This document shows, piece after piece, positions 1 through 8,413 of a stretch of DNA of 24,496 nucleotides. The notes below the pieces were generated by a model. The model searched no databases, was not told the origin of the DNA, and saw only the letters and a list, made by a program, of their open reading frames with translations. The translations under genes and the position numbers were made by a program. Numbering within the stretch: position 1 is the stretch's first letter; each line of letters begins with the position of its first letter. Source of the stretch: a virus (lineage: Duplodnaviria > Caudoviricetes); IMG/VR virus record IMGVR_UViG_3300005713_000015, positions 1-24,496 of that record, one strand, 5' to 3'.

Positions 1-3
1 GCC

Positions 4-324
4 ATGATCCGCCGCATTGCTTTCATTGATTGGCTCGGGCGCGTTCGCCGGCAGAACTTCCATGAGGTGGAGTATCCCGAGCCACGCCGCGCGCGCCGCA
101 TCCGCGATAAGCAGCGCATGAAGGCGCATGCCCACTGGGTGGCCAAGCACATCTGGGATCAAGAGCCAGAATGGCGCCGGCTCGCGGAGAAGCTGGCCGA
201 TCATCTCGCCCATTGCAAAAAGCCATGCTGCAACCGACGTAGACACTACGAAGGCCCGACGATGCAGGAGCGGCGCCAAGGAGAAAGCCATGCCACTGGG
301 TATTCACCGCATACGGGAGAATGA
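4..324 (+). CDS. small basic phage hypothetical protein (Arg/His/Cys-rich)
   Basis: ORF in GCCATG context; C-terminal HLAHCKKPCCN; overlaps the next gene. Confidence 0.6.
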   Translation: MIRRIAFIDWLGRVRRQNFHEVEYPEPRRARRIRDKQRMKAHAHWVAKHIWDQEPEWRRLAEKLADHLAHCKKPCCNRRRHYEGPTMQERRQGESHATGYSPHTGE

Positions 325-685
325 GGAGCGCGAGCTTCGCGATAATCTCGTGCACGCCTATAGCCTGTTGGCCAGGGCGCGCAGTTTCGCCATTGCGCCA
401 CGCTTGACCGTCGATTGGCGCGACAATGTCGGCGATGAGTCGCTGTGGGTCATCTCCAATAATGGGTTGGTCCTGCGCGATGACGGTGAGTTCGTCTATG
501 AGCCGTCGCCGAGCAACCGCAGTGAAGAGTTCATCGCCCGCACGCGCTTCAGCCTCGATGACGCCATGCGGATCGCGGATGAGCTGATCTATACGCATCC
601 TGACCGGAACTTCTTCTTTCAGTATCACAGCGAAATTCCGTTCGGCCGGCCGTGGAACCCACGGGTGATGGAGAGAAAGCCATGA
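290..685 (+). CDS. hypothetical phage protein
   Basis: Start reassigned to ATG 290 after AAGGAGAAAGCC; ATGA overlap with the next gene. Confidence 0.7.
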   Translation: MPLGIHRIRENEERELRDNLVHAYSLLARARSFAIAPRLTVDWRDNVGDESLWVISNNGLVLRDDGEFVYEPSPSNRSEEFIARTRFSLDDAMRIADELIYTHPDRNFFFQYHSEIPFGRPWNPRVMERKP

Positions 686-1041
686 CACAAGAGACAGTTG
701 GGGTATGGGAGTCGGCTGATGTGGTGGAGGAAGGGGAATACCTCTTCGTCTACGTCGCGGACTCGAACGTGGCCAAGTATGGCGTGGGGCAGAAGACCTG
801 GGCCAGCCCCGATGATCCGAAAGATTACATAGTGGGCAATTTCCCATGGGCCGGCAAGCCGACGCACGCCATGCGGCTGCCCAAGCCACCCAATGGCGGC
901 GTCACCATGGATGACTATCTGGCGGTCTCCCGCGCTCAGCTCCAGGCCGCGATCTTCAAGCGGTATGAGGAGGAGATTGCCGCGCTGAAGGAAGAAAACG
1001 AACACCTCAGGCGCGAACTGGAGCTGGCGCAGCGTCTATGA
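682..1041 (+). CDS. hypothetical protein with C-terminal coiled coil
   Basis: GGAGAGAAAGCCATG start at 682; ATGA coupling on both sides. Confidence 0.7.
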   Translation: MTQETVGVWESADVVEEGEYLFVYVADSNVAKYGVGQKTWASPDDPKDYIVGNFPWAGKPTHAMRLPKPPNGGVTMDDYLAVSRAQLQAAIFKRYEEEIAALKEENEHLRRELELAQRL

Positions 1042-1472
1042 AAGTCCTGTTCCTCGATATCGACGGCGTGCTGAACTGCGATACCACCAAAGAGAAGCTG
1101 GGGCCTGACTTCGGCATCTATGCCGCGTTCATGGGGCTCGATGCCCGGCTAGTGGCCATGCTCAAAGAATGGCTGGCGCGCTTCCCTGAGGTGAAAGTGG
1201 TGCTGTCCTCGACATGGCGCCTGGATGAGCGCATGGCGGCTGAGGTGAAGCGCCAGGGCATCGACTTCATCGATATGACCAAGAACCTGAAGAACCGGGC
1301 CATTGAGGTCGATGAGTGGCTGAATCGCCACCCTGAGGTCACGCATTACGCCATCCTCGATGACATCAGGCAGTTCAATGGGCCGCAGCAGCGCAAATTC
1401 GTGCAGACATCCTTCGTGCACGGCCTGCGGCCCAAGAACCTCGGCACTCTCGCTGCTATCCTTGACTTGTGA
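1038..1472 (+). CDS. HAD-superfamily protein, Swiss Army Knife RNA-repair-like (HAD_SAK_2 type)
   Basis: FLDIDGVLN (DxD motif I), VVLSSTWR, YAILDD motifs. Confidence 0.85.
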   Translation: MKVLFLDIDGVLNCDTTKEKLGPDFGIYAAFMGLDARLVAMLKEWLARFPEVKVVLSSTWRLDERMAAEVKRQGIDFIDMTKNLKNRAIEVDEWLNRHPEVTHYAILDDIRQFNGPQQRKFVQTSFVHGLRPKNLGTLAAILDL

Positions 1473-1690
1473 ATCACCCGCGATCCCGATAAGGTGATCC
1501 GGTCATATCGCATCCCTTGGGGATTTTCCGATGGTGCGGCCGGACATCATGTGAGTTGGCGACATGGCGAGTATGGGACGCCCGCCTATGCGTTGAAAGC
1601 GAAGGTGCGTTCGGGCTCAAGGGGTGTTTGGGGTAGGTTGGTAGGTTCCTCCCCATCTTCAGTCACGACCGTTAAATGCACCATTCCGGC
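1473..1690 (+). ncRNA. candidate structured RNA, family unknown
   Basis: ~245 nt gap in an otherwise overlapping gene run; several stems with G-U pairs (ATGGTGC/GCACCAT, GGACGC/GCGTTC, GGGGTAGG/CCTCCCC). Confidence 0.4.
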
Positions 1691-1719
1691 CATTCTACCC
1701 GTAAACACAGGAGTAAGCC

Positions 1720-1926
1720 ATGAAACGTTTTTCAAAAGAGAAGCACAAGGCCCGGATGCTCGATAAGGCGCGGTTGCGCGACGACATCTCTTCGATGGGC
1801 ATGGGCGGTGAGCGCCAGTATCGCGACATCGCCGGCAACGTCATCACCATCAAGCGCGGCTTCCCCGAAGTCAGCGCTAGCAAATATTGGCCCAAGACAG
1901 CACGGGGCAATAAGAGCAAGCCATGA
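1720..1926 (+). CDS. small basic hypothetical protein
   Basis: AGGAGTAAGCCATG start; ATGA overlap with the next gene. Confidence 0.7.
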   Translation: MKRFSKEKHKARMLDKARLRDDISSMGMGGERQYRDIAGNVITIKRGFPEVSASKYWPKTARGNKSKP

Positions 1927-2195
1927 CATTGCGTGTTACTCTGGAAATTGTTCCGTTCGGGGTGGAAGAGAATAAGCGGACCATTCACACCATCGATATC
2001 TCCAACCAAGGCAGAGTCGATGGCAGCACAGACCAGTGCAGCTATGGCGTGGTGCTGGATGGCGTGCCGATGGCGAACACCTTCTTGCACTACCGATCTG
2101 ATGGGGCGATCTTCCTCGCTGAGAAAGTCCTCAAGGCCATCACCCTCCTGGAGTCCATCTTCGGCAGGGTTCCGGAACGGGCCGGCGACGAATGA
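1923..2195 (+). CDS. hypothetical phage protein
   Basis: GAGCAAGCCATG start; coupled on both sides. Confidence 0.7.
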   Translation: MTLRVTLEIVPFGVEENKRTIHTIDISNQGRVDGSTDQCSYGVVLDGVPMANTFLHYRSDGAIFLAEKVLKAITLLESIFGRVPERAGDE

Positions 2196-2590
2196 ACGTC
2201 CTGGTGTTCGGCGGTCGCAAATACAACGACTGGCACAAGGTCTGGAAAGTCCTCGACGATCTTCACCATCGATACACCATTTCCCTCATCATCCATGGCA
2301 ATGCCTCTGGCGCCGATAGCTGGGGCAAGCAGTGGGCGATCCGTCGCGGCGTCGAGCACACCGGCAGCACCTTTGCCGCCGACTGGAGCGATATTTCGCA
2401 CCCCGATGCCCTGATCAAGACCGGCCAGCACGGCACGTATGATGCCCGTGCTGGCTTTCGCCGCAACCAGCGCATGATCGATGAGAACTGGATCGATCTC
2501 GCCGTCATGTTCCCCGGAAATAATGGCACAAAAGACATGCTCCAGCGTGTGAAAATGGCGGGAATCAAGCTAATGGAGGTGCAGCCGTGA
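2192..2590 (+). CDS. SLOG-family protein (DUF2493 / YspA-related)
   Basis: VLVFGGR, IIHGNASGAD, ADW, AGFRRNQRM, FPGNNGT motifs. Confidence 0.85.
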   Translation: MNVLVFGGRKYNDWHKVWKVLDDLHHRYTISLIIHGNASGADSWGKQWAIRRGVEHTGSTFAADWSDISHPDALIKTGQHGTYDARAGFRRNQRMIDENWIDLAVMFPGNNGTKDMLQRVKMAGIKLMEVQP

Positions 2591-2829
2591 ATTTTACCCC
2601 TCCCGAGCACCTGCGTAAGGGGCAATCCATCATCAATTTCCTGCAATGGATCGCCATCGAGAAGGAAGACCAGATCAGGACGCTGATCGCCTACATGGGC
2701 AACCAGCCGGATCGCAACGCAGACGCCCATATCCATCTCGCCGACATCTTCTATGTCTCGGATGCCAAGCTCGAAGCGTGGTGGCAAGAATATCTGGACG
2801 ATGCAGACTTCCGGCGTACTAAAGGTTGA
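2587..2829 (+). CDS. hypothetical protein
   Basis: GTG start after GGAGG; GTGA overlap. Confidence 0.65.
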   Translation: MNFTPPEHLRKGQSIINFLQWIAIEKEDQIRTLIAYMGNQPDRNADAHIHLADIFYVSDAKLEAWWQEYLDDADFRRTKG

Positions 2830-2840
2830 GTTTTCCTAGA

Positions 2841-2901
2841 CCTTAGATCGCGAATCAGGCAATTTTTATCTCAGAAATTGCTTGTCAAGCGCGATCTGAG
2901 G
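2841..2901 (+). promoter_or_regulatory. long hairpin sequestering the portal Shine-Dalgarno
   Basis: CCTTAGATCGCG/CGCGATCTGAGG (12 bp) plus CAGGCAATTT/AAATTGCTTG (10 bp); GAGG lies in the 3' arm. Confidence 0.65.
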
Positions 2902-2906
2902 CGAAA

Positions 2907-5195
2907 ATGCTTTCTGGCGAACTACTCGACAAAGTCGTCATCTCGATGCAAGAGATGATGGCGGCTGGCGCCGTCGAAGACGACAAGGTCGCGCCCTCCC
3001 ATCTGGCCGATGAAGCGCTCTACCGAACGCTGCGCCAGTGGTTTGAAATCGATGCCTCCCACTCCAATGAATGGCGCAAGCAGGCGCGCGAAGATTTCGA
3101 CTTCGCCGCCTGCGATCAGTGGGACGAAACCACCCGCCGCGAGCTGGAGGCGCAGGAGCGCCCCGTCATCACCTTCAACCGCGTGCTCTCGGTCATCAAG
3201 GCCGTTGCTGGCATCGAAATCAACGGCCGGCATGAAACGATCTACATCCCGCGCGGCACGGATGCGGGTGATGTGCAGATCAATGAGTTCCTGACGCAAG
3301 CCTCGCAGTGGATGAGCGATGGCTGCGACGCTGAGGATGAGCAATCCGAGGCCTTCCAGGACGCTCTGACGGTCGGCATGGGCTGGACAGAGTCGGTGAT
3401 CTCCTATGAGGAAGACGCCGATGGCAAATATATCGAAACCAAAGTCGATCCGCTTGAGATGTACTGGGATCGCGACGCGCGGTCCAAGAACCTGATCGAC
3501 ATGCGCCGGGTCTGGCGCGTGCGTCGCATGCAGCTCGATGAGGCGCGGTCCTTCGTGCAGAGCCTGGGGCTGGATATCCCCGATGCCGAGCTGAGCGCGG
3601 ATTGGGCCGGGCTCGCCGGCTCGGAAGCCCAGACGCTGCGGCCGGTGGAAGAGCGGCGCCTGCGGGAAGAGAACATCGCGGTGAGTCACGATCCGCGCTC
3701 GGAAGTGTTCATTGTCCAGGTCCAGTGGTGGGAACGCGAACGCTATTACCGCGTCGCCGATATCGGCTCTCCCACCACGCAAGACCTGAATGAGGAAGAG
3801 TTCGGCCAGTTCCGTCAGCGCGCCATGGCGCTCGGTATCGACGTCATCGCCGTGCCGCTCACCCGCCGCGTTTACAAGCAGGCGTTCTTGGGCAAGTCGC
3901 TGCTCGGCCCGGCCCGGCAGGCGCCCGCGATCGATCGTTTCTCGTTCTCCTGCATTACCGGCGAGAAGCACCGCAACAAGGGTACATGGTTCGGCCTCGT
4001 GCGCCTGATGCGCGATCCGCAGATGTGGGCCAACAAATGGCTCTCCCAGACCCTGCATATCCTCAATTCCACGGCCAAGGGCGGCATCATCGCCGAAGAG
4101 AACGCCTTCTCTGACCAGAGACAGGCGGAACAGAGCTATGCGCAGGCCGATCGCATCACCTGGGCGGCCGATGGCGCCATCCAAAAGCAGATGATCATGC
4201 AAAAGCCGGGCGTTGGTCTGCCGGCAGGCTACATCAACCTGCTGGAGTTCGCCATCACTTCCATCCGCGATGTCACCGGCATCAATATGGAATTGCTGGG
4301 CATGCGCGACGTCAACCAGCCCGGCATCCTCGAAGCCCAGCGCAAGCAAGCCGCGCTGACGATCCTGGCAACGCTGTTCGATAGCCTGCGCCGGTTCCGC
4401 AAGGAAATCGGCCGCATCCGCTTGAATTATATTCAGAATTACCTCTCAGACGGCCGGCTGATCCGCATTGTAGGCCCGGAAGGCGAGGGATACCAGCTCG
4501 TTCCGCTGCTGCGCGACAAAACCATTGGCCAGTATGACGTTATCGTCGATGACGCGCCGACCTCGCCGAACCAGAAAGACCAGACCTGGGGCATGCTCAT
4601 GCAGCTCCTGCCGGTCTTCAAGGGCATGATCACCCCGGATGCGGCCCTGGTGTTGCTGGAATACAGCCCGCTGCCCTCAAAAGTTGTGCAGGCGTTCAAG
4701 CAGCTTCTCGAAAAGCCGAATCCCATGCAGGAGATGCAGACTCAGCTCCTCATCGAGGGCGAGAAGGCCAAGATTATCGATCTCCAGACCAAGGCGCGCA
4801 AGACAGCGGCCGATACGCAACAGAGCGTGGCCAAGACCGCGCTTACCGAAGCCCAGACGGAAAAGACGCGCGTTGATGCTGTGCTGGGCATGGCGCAGGC
4901 CGCCAGCGAACAGGCGCTCGCCGATGGCGAGAATGCCCGTATCCAGGAGCGCCAGCGCTGGGCACAAGAAGATGGTGGCTTGTTCGGCATGCAGAACAAT
5001 CCGTTTGTCGTAACGCCACCGCAAGAAATGGGTCAGTCCATCGGACAGGCCCCACAACTGCCATCTCTGCCGATCGCGGGGATGGCACAACCGGCGGCCT
5101 CTCAACCCGCCCCTGCACCAATGGCGCCAACAATGGCACCTGGGCTCGATGAGGGGTCGCCTCTCCCAATGGCTGGAGGGGGCTCCGGCTTTTAG
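2907..5195 (+). CDS. portal protein, P22-like
   Basis: 762 aa; DFDF..DQW, RPVITFNR, GLVRLMRDPQ..NK, RDVTGIN.ELLG, YDVIVDDAP motifs; Gln/Pro-rich tail; precedes the scaffold. Confidence 0.9.
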   Translation: MLSGELLDKVVISMQEMMAAGAVEDDKVAPSHLADEALYRTLRQWFEIDASHSNEWRKQAREDFDFAACDQWDETTRRELEAQERPVITFNRVLSVIKAVAGIEINGRHETIYIPRGTDAGDVQINEFLTQASQWMSDGCDAEDEQSEAFQDALTVGMGWTESVISYEEDADGKYIETKVDPLEMYWDRDARSKNLIDMRRVWRVRRMQLDEARSFVQSLGLDIPDAELSADWAGLAGSEAQTLRPVEERRLREENIAVSHDPRSEVFIVQVQWWERERYYRVADIGSPTTQDLNEEEFGQFRQRAMALGIDVIAVPLTRRVYKQAFLGKSLLGPARQAPAIDRFSFSCITGEKHRNKGTWFGLVRLMRDPQMWANKWLSQTLHILNSTAKGGIIAEENAFSDQRQAEQSYAQADRITWAADGAIQKQMIMQKPGVGLPAGYINLLEFAITSIRDVTGINMELLGMRDVNQPGILEAQRKQAALTILATLFDSLRRFRKEIGRIRLNYIQNYLSDGRLIRIVGPEGEGYQLVPLLRDKTIGQYDVIVDDAPTSPNQKDQTWGMLMQLLPVFKGMITPDAALVLLEYSPLPSKVVQAFKQLLEKPNPMQEMQTQLLIEGEKAKIIDLQTKARKTAADTQQSVAKTALTEAQTEKTRVDAVLGMAQAASEQALADGENARIQERQRWAQEDGGLFGMQNNPFVVTPPQEMGQSIGQAPQLPSLPIAGMAQPAASQPAPAPMAPTMAPGLDEGSPLPMAGGGSGF

Positions 5196-5206
5196 ATGAG
5201 GGTTAG

Positions 5207-6478
5207 ATGAGCGAACAAGTCGTTATTCCAGCGGGGGACGTCCCGAGCGCGCCGGCTCCGGACAGCACACCCGCGCCAGTACCAGCCGAGATTGCCTATC
5301 TGAAGGCTCACGGTGGCGAAAATGTGGAAAGCCTGGGGGCAGAGCTGGAGAGCCTGCTGAAGGGCCGTTCCACAGACAGCGCACCATCGCCGGATGTGGC
5401 GTCTTCTCCTGCCCCAGTCACCGCACCCGCGCCAGTGGTTACGCCACCGGCCCCGGCACCGCAGACCGCGCAGGAGAAGGCTCTCGATCCGTATGCGCCA
5501 GAAGGCGCCACCGATGACGGGGACGACGGCAGTATCGAGGGCGTGACCTTCGACGCGGAAGGTCGGGCGCGCGACGCACGCACGGGCAAGTATGTGCCGT
5601 TGAAAGCGCTCCACCAAGAGCGCGCCAAGGTCAAGGGCCTGTACGAAGAGAACGCCAAGATCAAGGAGATGCAGGCGCGGGCGGAAGAACGGCTCGCGGT
5701 GCTGAACGAGTTCCTTGAGAAGTCCAATACGGTAGAGCCAGCCGCAGAAGAGCAGCCGGCCGCTCCGGTGCTGGAAGAGCTTGTTGATCCCGATGTGGAT
5801 ATCTTCAAGTTCGCTAAGCAGATGAAGGAGCGCTACCAGCAGCAGCAGGACTACGTCAAGAAGCTCGAAGAGAAACTTTCCGGCACTGAGCAGAAGACAT
5901 CCGCTCAGATCGAAGAGCTTGCCAATGCGCAGATGTTGGTGCGTGATGTGCAGAGCTTCACGGCCAAGCAGCCTGACTTGCCCAAGGCCTATGAGCACAT
6001 GCGTAATGCGCGTGATATGCAGCTCCAGGTACTGGGCTATAAGGATGCCGCCGCGCGTGCCCAGCATCTGGATGCGGAAGAGAAGGCGCTTCAGCGTCAG
6101 GCGATCCGCAATAAGGTGAGCTACGGTGAGGCTGTCTATAAGCTGGCGGCGACCTATGGGTATGTGGCGCCGGCAGCATCAGCGAACGGCGTATCCAATC
6201 CCACGCCAACGCCACCGGCACCTGTCGCTGCGGCGCCTGTCGCGCCGGCCACAACTCCAGCGCCCGCGCCGGCTGTCGATCCAGCGGCAGCGGCGCGGGT
6301 GGAGGCGATCCGCAACGGCCAGACTCTAGCGGCTCCGTCGCTGAGCGGTCAAGGGGGCAGTGGCTCTGAGGGTTTGACCGTGTCGCGGTTGGCCAACATG
6401 AGCGAAGCCGAATTCCTTGATCTTGCTGCGAAATTAGGCGGCAAGGGCAAGCTGGACTCGTACTTCAGGGGTATCTGA
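5207..6478 (+). CDS. putative capsid scaffolding protein
   Basis: Pro/Ala-rich N-terminus, VPLKALHQER coiled coil, C-terminal LANMSEAEF helix; follows the portal. Confidence 0.75.
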   Translation: MSEQVVIPAGDVPSAPAPDSTPAPVPAEIAYLKAHGGENVESLGAELESLLKGRSTDSAPSPDVASSPAPVTAPAPVVTPPAPAPQTAQEKALDPYAPEGATDDGDDGSIEGVTFDAEGRARDARTGKYVPLKALHQERAKVKGLYEENAKIKEMQARAEERLAVLNEFLEKSNTVEPAAEEQPAAPVLEELVDPDVDIFKFAKQMKERYQQQQDYVKKLEEKLSGTEQKTSAQIEELANAQMLVRDVQSFTAKQPDLPKAYEHMRNARDMQLQVLGYKDAAARAQHLDAEEKALQRQAIRNKVSYGEAVYKLAATYGYVAPAASANGVSNPTPTPPAPVAAAPVAPATTPAPAPAVDPAAAARVEAIRNGQTLAAPSLSGQGGSGSEGLTVSRLANMSEAEFLDLAAKLGGKGKLDSYFRGI

Positions 6479-6642
6479 TGATCACGCCAGCGTTCTGCAC
6501 GACATCGTTCCTGGTGATCTGCTGGCTGCTCAGCGTGTATCTGGCGTTTCACATCGGCGCCGCGCTGAATGAGCGGCAATGGATGCGTGAGAGCCGGCGC
6601 CGGCTGAAATGTCTTTACGACTCTCCCTGGCTCCGGCCTTGA
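6478..6642 (+). CDS. possible 54-aa membrane peptide (MITPAFCTTSFLVICWLLSVYLAFHIG...)
   Basis: TGATG coupling to the scaffold; one hydrophobic segment and a basic tail; absent from the ORF track. Confidence 0.4.
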   Translation: MITPAFCTTSFLVICWLLSVYLAFHIGAALNERQWMRESRRRLKCLYDSPWLRP

Positions 6643-6667
6643 CATCGAACAATGGGCGGTCCATCTC
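6639..6667 (+). promoter_or_regulatory. sigma70-type promoter for the tRNA-Thr triplet
   Basis: TTGACA-17 bp-CATCTC ending 9 nt before the first tRNA. Confidence 0.55.
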
Positions 6668-6676
6668 TGGTGGATC

Positions 6677-6751
6677 GCCCGCGTAGCTCAGTGGCAGAGC
6701 GCACCCTTGGTAAGGGTGAGGTCTAGGGTTCGATTCCCTACTTGGGCACCA
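6677..6751 (+). tRNA. trnT: tRNA-Thr(GGT)
   Basis: Cloverleaf, CACCC-TTGGTAA-GGGTG, TTCGATT loop, ACCA. Confidence 0.95.
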
Positions 6752-6752
6752 T

Positions 6753-6826
6753 GCCGATATAGCTCAGTGGCAGAGCAGCGCCCTCGTAACGCGAAGACCG
6801 GAGTTCGATTCTCCGTTTCGGCACCA
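6753..6826 (+). tRNA. trnT: tRNA-Thr(CGT)
   Basis: Cloverleaf, CTCGTAA loop, weak anticodon stem, ACCA. Confidence 0.9.
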
Positions 6827-6900
6827 GCCGGCTTAGCACAGTGGTTATGCAGCGCCCTTGTAAGGCGTCTACAGGGGTTCGATTCCTCTAGCTGGCACCA
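6827..6900 (+). tRNA. trnT: tRNA-Thr(TGT)
   Basis: Cloverleaf, GCGCC-CTTGTAA-GGCGT, ACCA. Confidence 0.93.
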
Positions 6901-7118
6901 TCCATCTCTTCCTTAGTGAGATAGCACACCTTCTGGTCATAGGCGTCGAAGGCGACGACGCTCACGGCGAAAGGCGGGCCGTTGAGCCAGCTCGGATCGG
7001 CCTTGATGGTGTCGGTGAGGCGGATGGCGATCACATAGTGCGTGCCGATATCGACGCACAGATATTCGGCGCCGCTCATCCAGAAGCTCTCGCCGAATGT
7101 GAAGTCAGAGAGCTTCAT
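6888..7118 (-). CDS. hypothetical phage protein
   Basis: Start MKLSDF at 7118 overlaps the upstream stop (ATGA); CVDIGT..WLNGPP..VAFD motif. Confidence 0.7.
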   Translation of the reverse strand: MKLSDFTFGESFWMSGAEYLCVDIGTHYVIAIRLTDTIKADPSWLNGPPFAVSVVAFDAYDQKVCYLTKEEMDGAS

Positions 7119-7510
7119 TTCTTGCGCTTTCGCTTGTTGTAATGGCTCTGGATGGCGCGGACTTTCATCTCGGCGGTATAGTCCTTGTTGCGCAGGATCA
7201 TCCAAATCCAGCCGAGCTGTTCGGACATCTGCCGCGCATAGTTGCGCGCGCGCTCGAAGCCGGCGCCGGCCCGCCGCACGGGCTCTTCCGTGTGCAGGAA
7301 GAACAAGCCATCATCCCAGTCGAAGCCGAAGTAATATCGCGTGACGTTGATGTGGGGCGATCCGCCTACGGCGGTGTGCATGGACTTCTCGCGGATCACG
7401 ATCTTGTAGTCGCGAACGTTGCGCGATCCGCGCCCGCGCTCTATCTCGACCTTCAGCCGGTCATAGAGTTCGCCCAAGGTCATCGCCTTGGGCTCACTGG
7501 TGTTGCTCAC
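7115..7510 (-). CDS. hypothetical protein
   Basis: GTG start overlaps the upstream TGA (alternative ATG at 7483); GFDWDDG motif. Confidence 0.65.
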   Translation of the reverse strand: MSNTSEPKAMTLGELYDRLKVEIERGRGSRNVRDYKIVIREKSMHTAVGGSPHINVTRYYFGFDWDDGLFFLHTEEPVRRAGAGFERARNYARQMSEQLGWIWMILRNKDYTAEMKVRAIQSHYNKRKRKK

Positions 7511-7707
7511 TTCTTCAGCTCGATGAAGGCATCTTTGCGGACGCATGCGTCCTTGAAGACAAGGCCACCACGCTCATCGCACTTCGCCTGGAAGGTTCGT
7601 TCCGCTTGCATGGCGGCCGGCAGGGCGATGAAGAGAAAATAGCCTATAAGGCACAGCACCAAGGCGATGAATATGCTAAAAATGACGTCTTCCGCTTCTA
7701 CTTCCAT
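7507..7707 (-). CDS. small membrane protein
   Basis: AAGGAGAAAGCCATG start; one TM helix then C..RGG......C. Confidence 0.75.
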   Translation of the reverse strand: MEVEAEDVIFSIFIALVLCLIGYFLFIALPAAMQAERTFQAKCDERGGLVFKDACVRKDAFIELKK

Positions 7708-7723
7708 GGCTTTCTCCTTTGGT

Positions 7724-7799
7724 TGGCGACCTCGGCACGACTCGAACGTGCACAAACCCGTTTAGAAGACGGGGACTCTATCCATTGAGCTACGAGGCC
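7724..7799 (-). tRNA. trnR: tRNA-Arg(TCT)
   Basis: Cloverleaf, CCCGT-CTTCTAA-ACGGG, A20, GCCA. Confidence 0.95.
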
Positions 7800-7801
7800 A
7801 T

Positions 7802-7877
7802 TGGCGGTCTTGATAGGGGTCGAACCTACAACCTCCAGATTCGGAATCTGGTGCTCTATCCATTGAGCTACAAGACC
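7802..7877 (-). tRNA. trnR: tRNA-Arg(CCG)
   Basis: Cloverleaf, CCAGA-TTCCGAA-TCTGG, GCCA. Confidence 0.95.
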
Positions 7878-7883
7878 TATTCT

Positions 7884-7974
7884 TGGTGCGGCGGCAAGGA
7901 ATTGAACCTTTTCGTCACCACTCGTCTTATTTCGTAGACAACGGGTTTACAGCCCGCCGACGAGAAACCGCCGC
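7884..7974 (-). tRNA. non-canonical D-armless tRNA-Tyr(GTA)-like RNA
   Basis: Acceptor GCGGCGG/CCGCCGC plus ACCA, anticodon arm GCGGG-CTGTAAA-CCCGT, T-arm AAGG-TTCAATT-CCTT; no D-arm; enlarged variable region. Confidence 0.75.
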
Positions 7975-8018
7975 TATGTGTTTAGCTCTTTCGTTATGAT
8001 TGAGAGGAAGGGGCCGCG

Positions 8019-8237
8019 TTACTCATTCCAATCGCGGTAAACGATGTACCAATTCGCGACGATGCTCATCATGACGACTGTGGCCATGATGGAATAGCCG
8101 GCGTTAGCGAGCACCAGAGCCAAGCTCGCGTTAGGGATCGCCATCCACATCAGCAGCCATCGCCGCGAGATGATGGAGAACACTATGTTTCCGAAGAGTA
8201 AGACGGCGACGATGGCATCGATCTGCGTTTGGTCCAT
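8019..8237 (-). CDS. small hydrophobic membrane protein
   Basis: AAGGAGAACGCCATG start; 2-3 hydrophobic segments. Confidence 0.7.
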   Translation of the reverse strand: MDQTQIDAIVAVLLFGNIVFSIISRRWLLMWMAIPNASLALVLANAGYSIMATVVMMSIVANWYIVYRDWNE

Positions 8238-8257
8238 GGCGTTCTCCTTGGTTGGCA

Positions 8258-8332
8258 TGGTAGTCCTGCCTCGATTCGAACGAGGATCGAAGCGCTTATG
8301 AGGCGCGGGCTCTACCGTTAAGCTACAGGACC
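8258..8332 (-). tRNA. trnI: tRNA(CAT), most likely Ile2 (lysidine, reads AUA)
   Basis: Cloverleaf, CAT anticodon, C4-G69/C5-G68, no initiator features. Confidence 0.8.
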
Positions 8333-8336
8333 ATTC

Positions 8337-8413
8337 TGGTGCGCACGGTCGGATTCGAACCGACAACCTCCGGTTTTTAAGACCGACAGCTCTACCGATT
8401 GGCCTACGCGCGC
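8337..8413 (-). tRNA. trnL: tRNA-Leu(TAA), short variable loop
   Basis: TCGGT-CTTAAAA-ACCGG, 3-bp D stem, A73. Confidence 0.9.

Noticed and set aside
1534-1702. Group II intron resemblance (GTGCG start, TATGCG..GAAA domain-V-like stretch)
   Set aside because: Only about 170 nt, the domain V stem does not pair properly, and there is no interrupted gene or RT
2922-4349. Long antisense ORFs opposite the portal, and similar ones opposite the scaffold, fibre and SGNH genes
   Set aside because: Shadow ORFs expected from high-GC codon bias; no RBS or recognisable motifs
8258-8332. tRNA(CAT) as initiator Met
   Set aside because: Lacks the C1-A72 mismatch and the three consecutive G-C anticodon-stem pairs; elongator Met is not fully excluded
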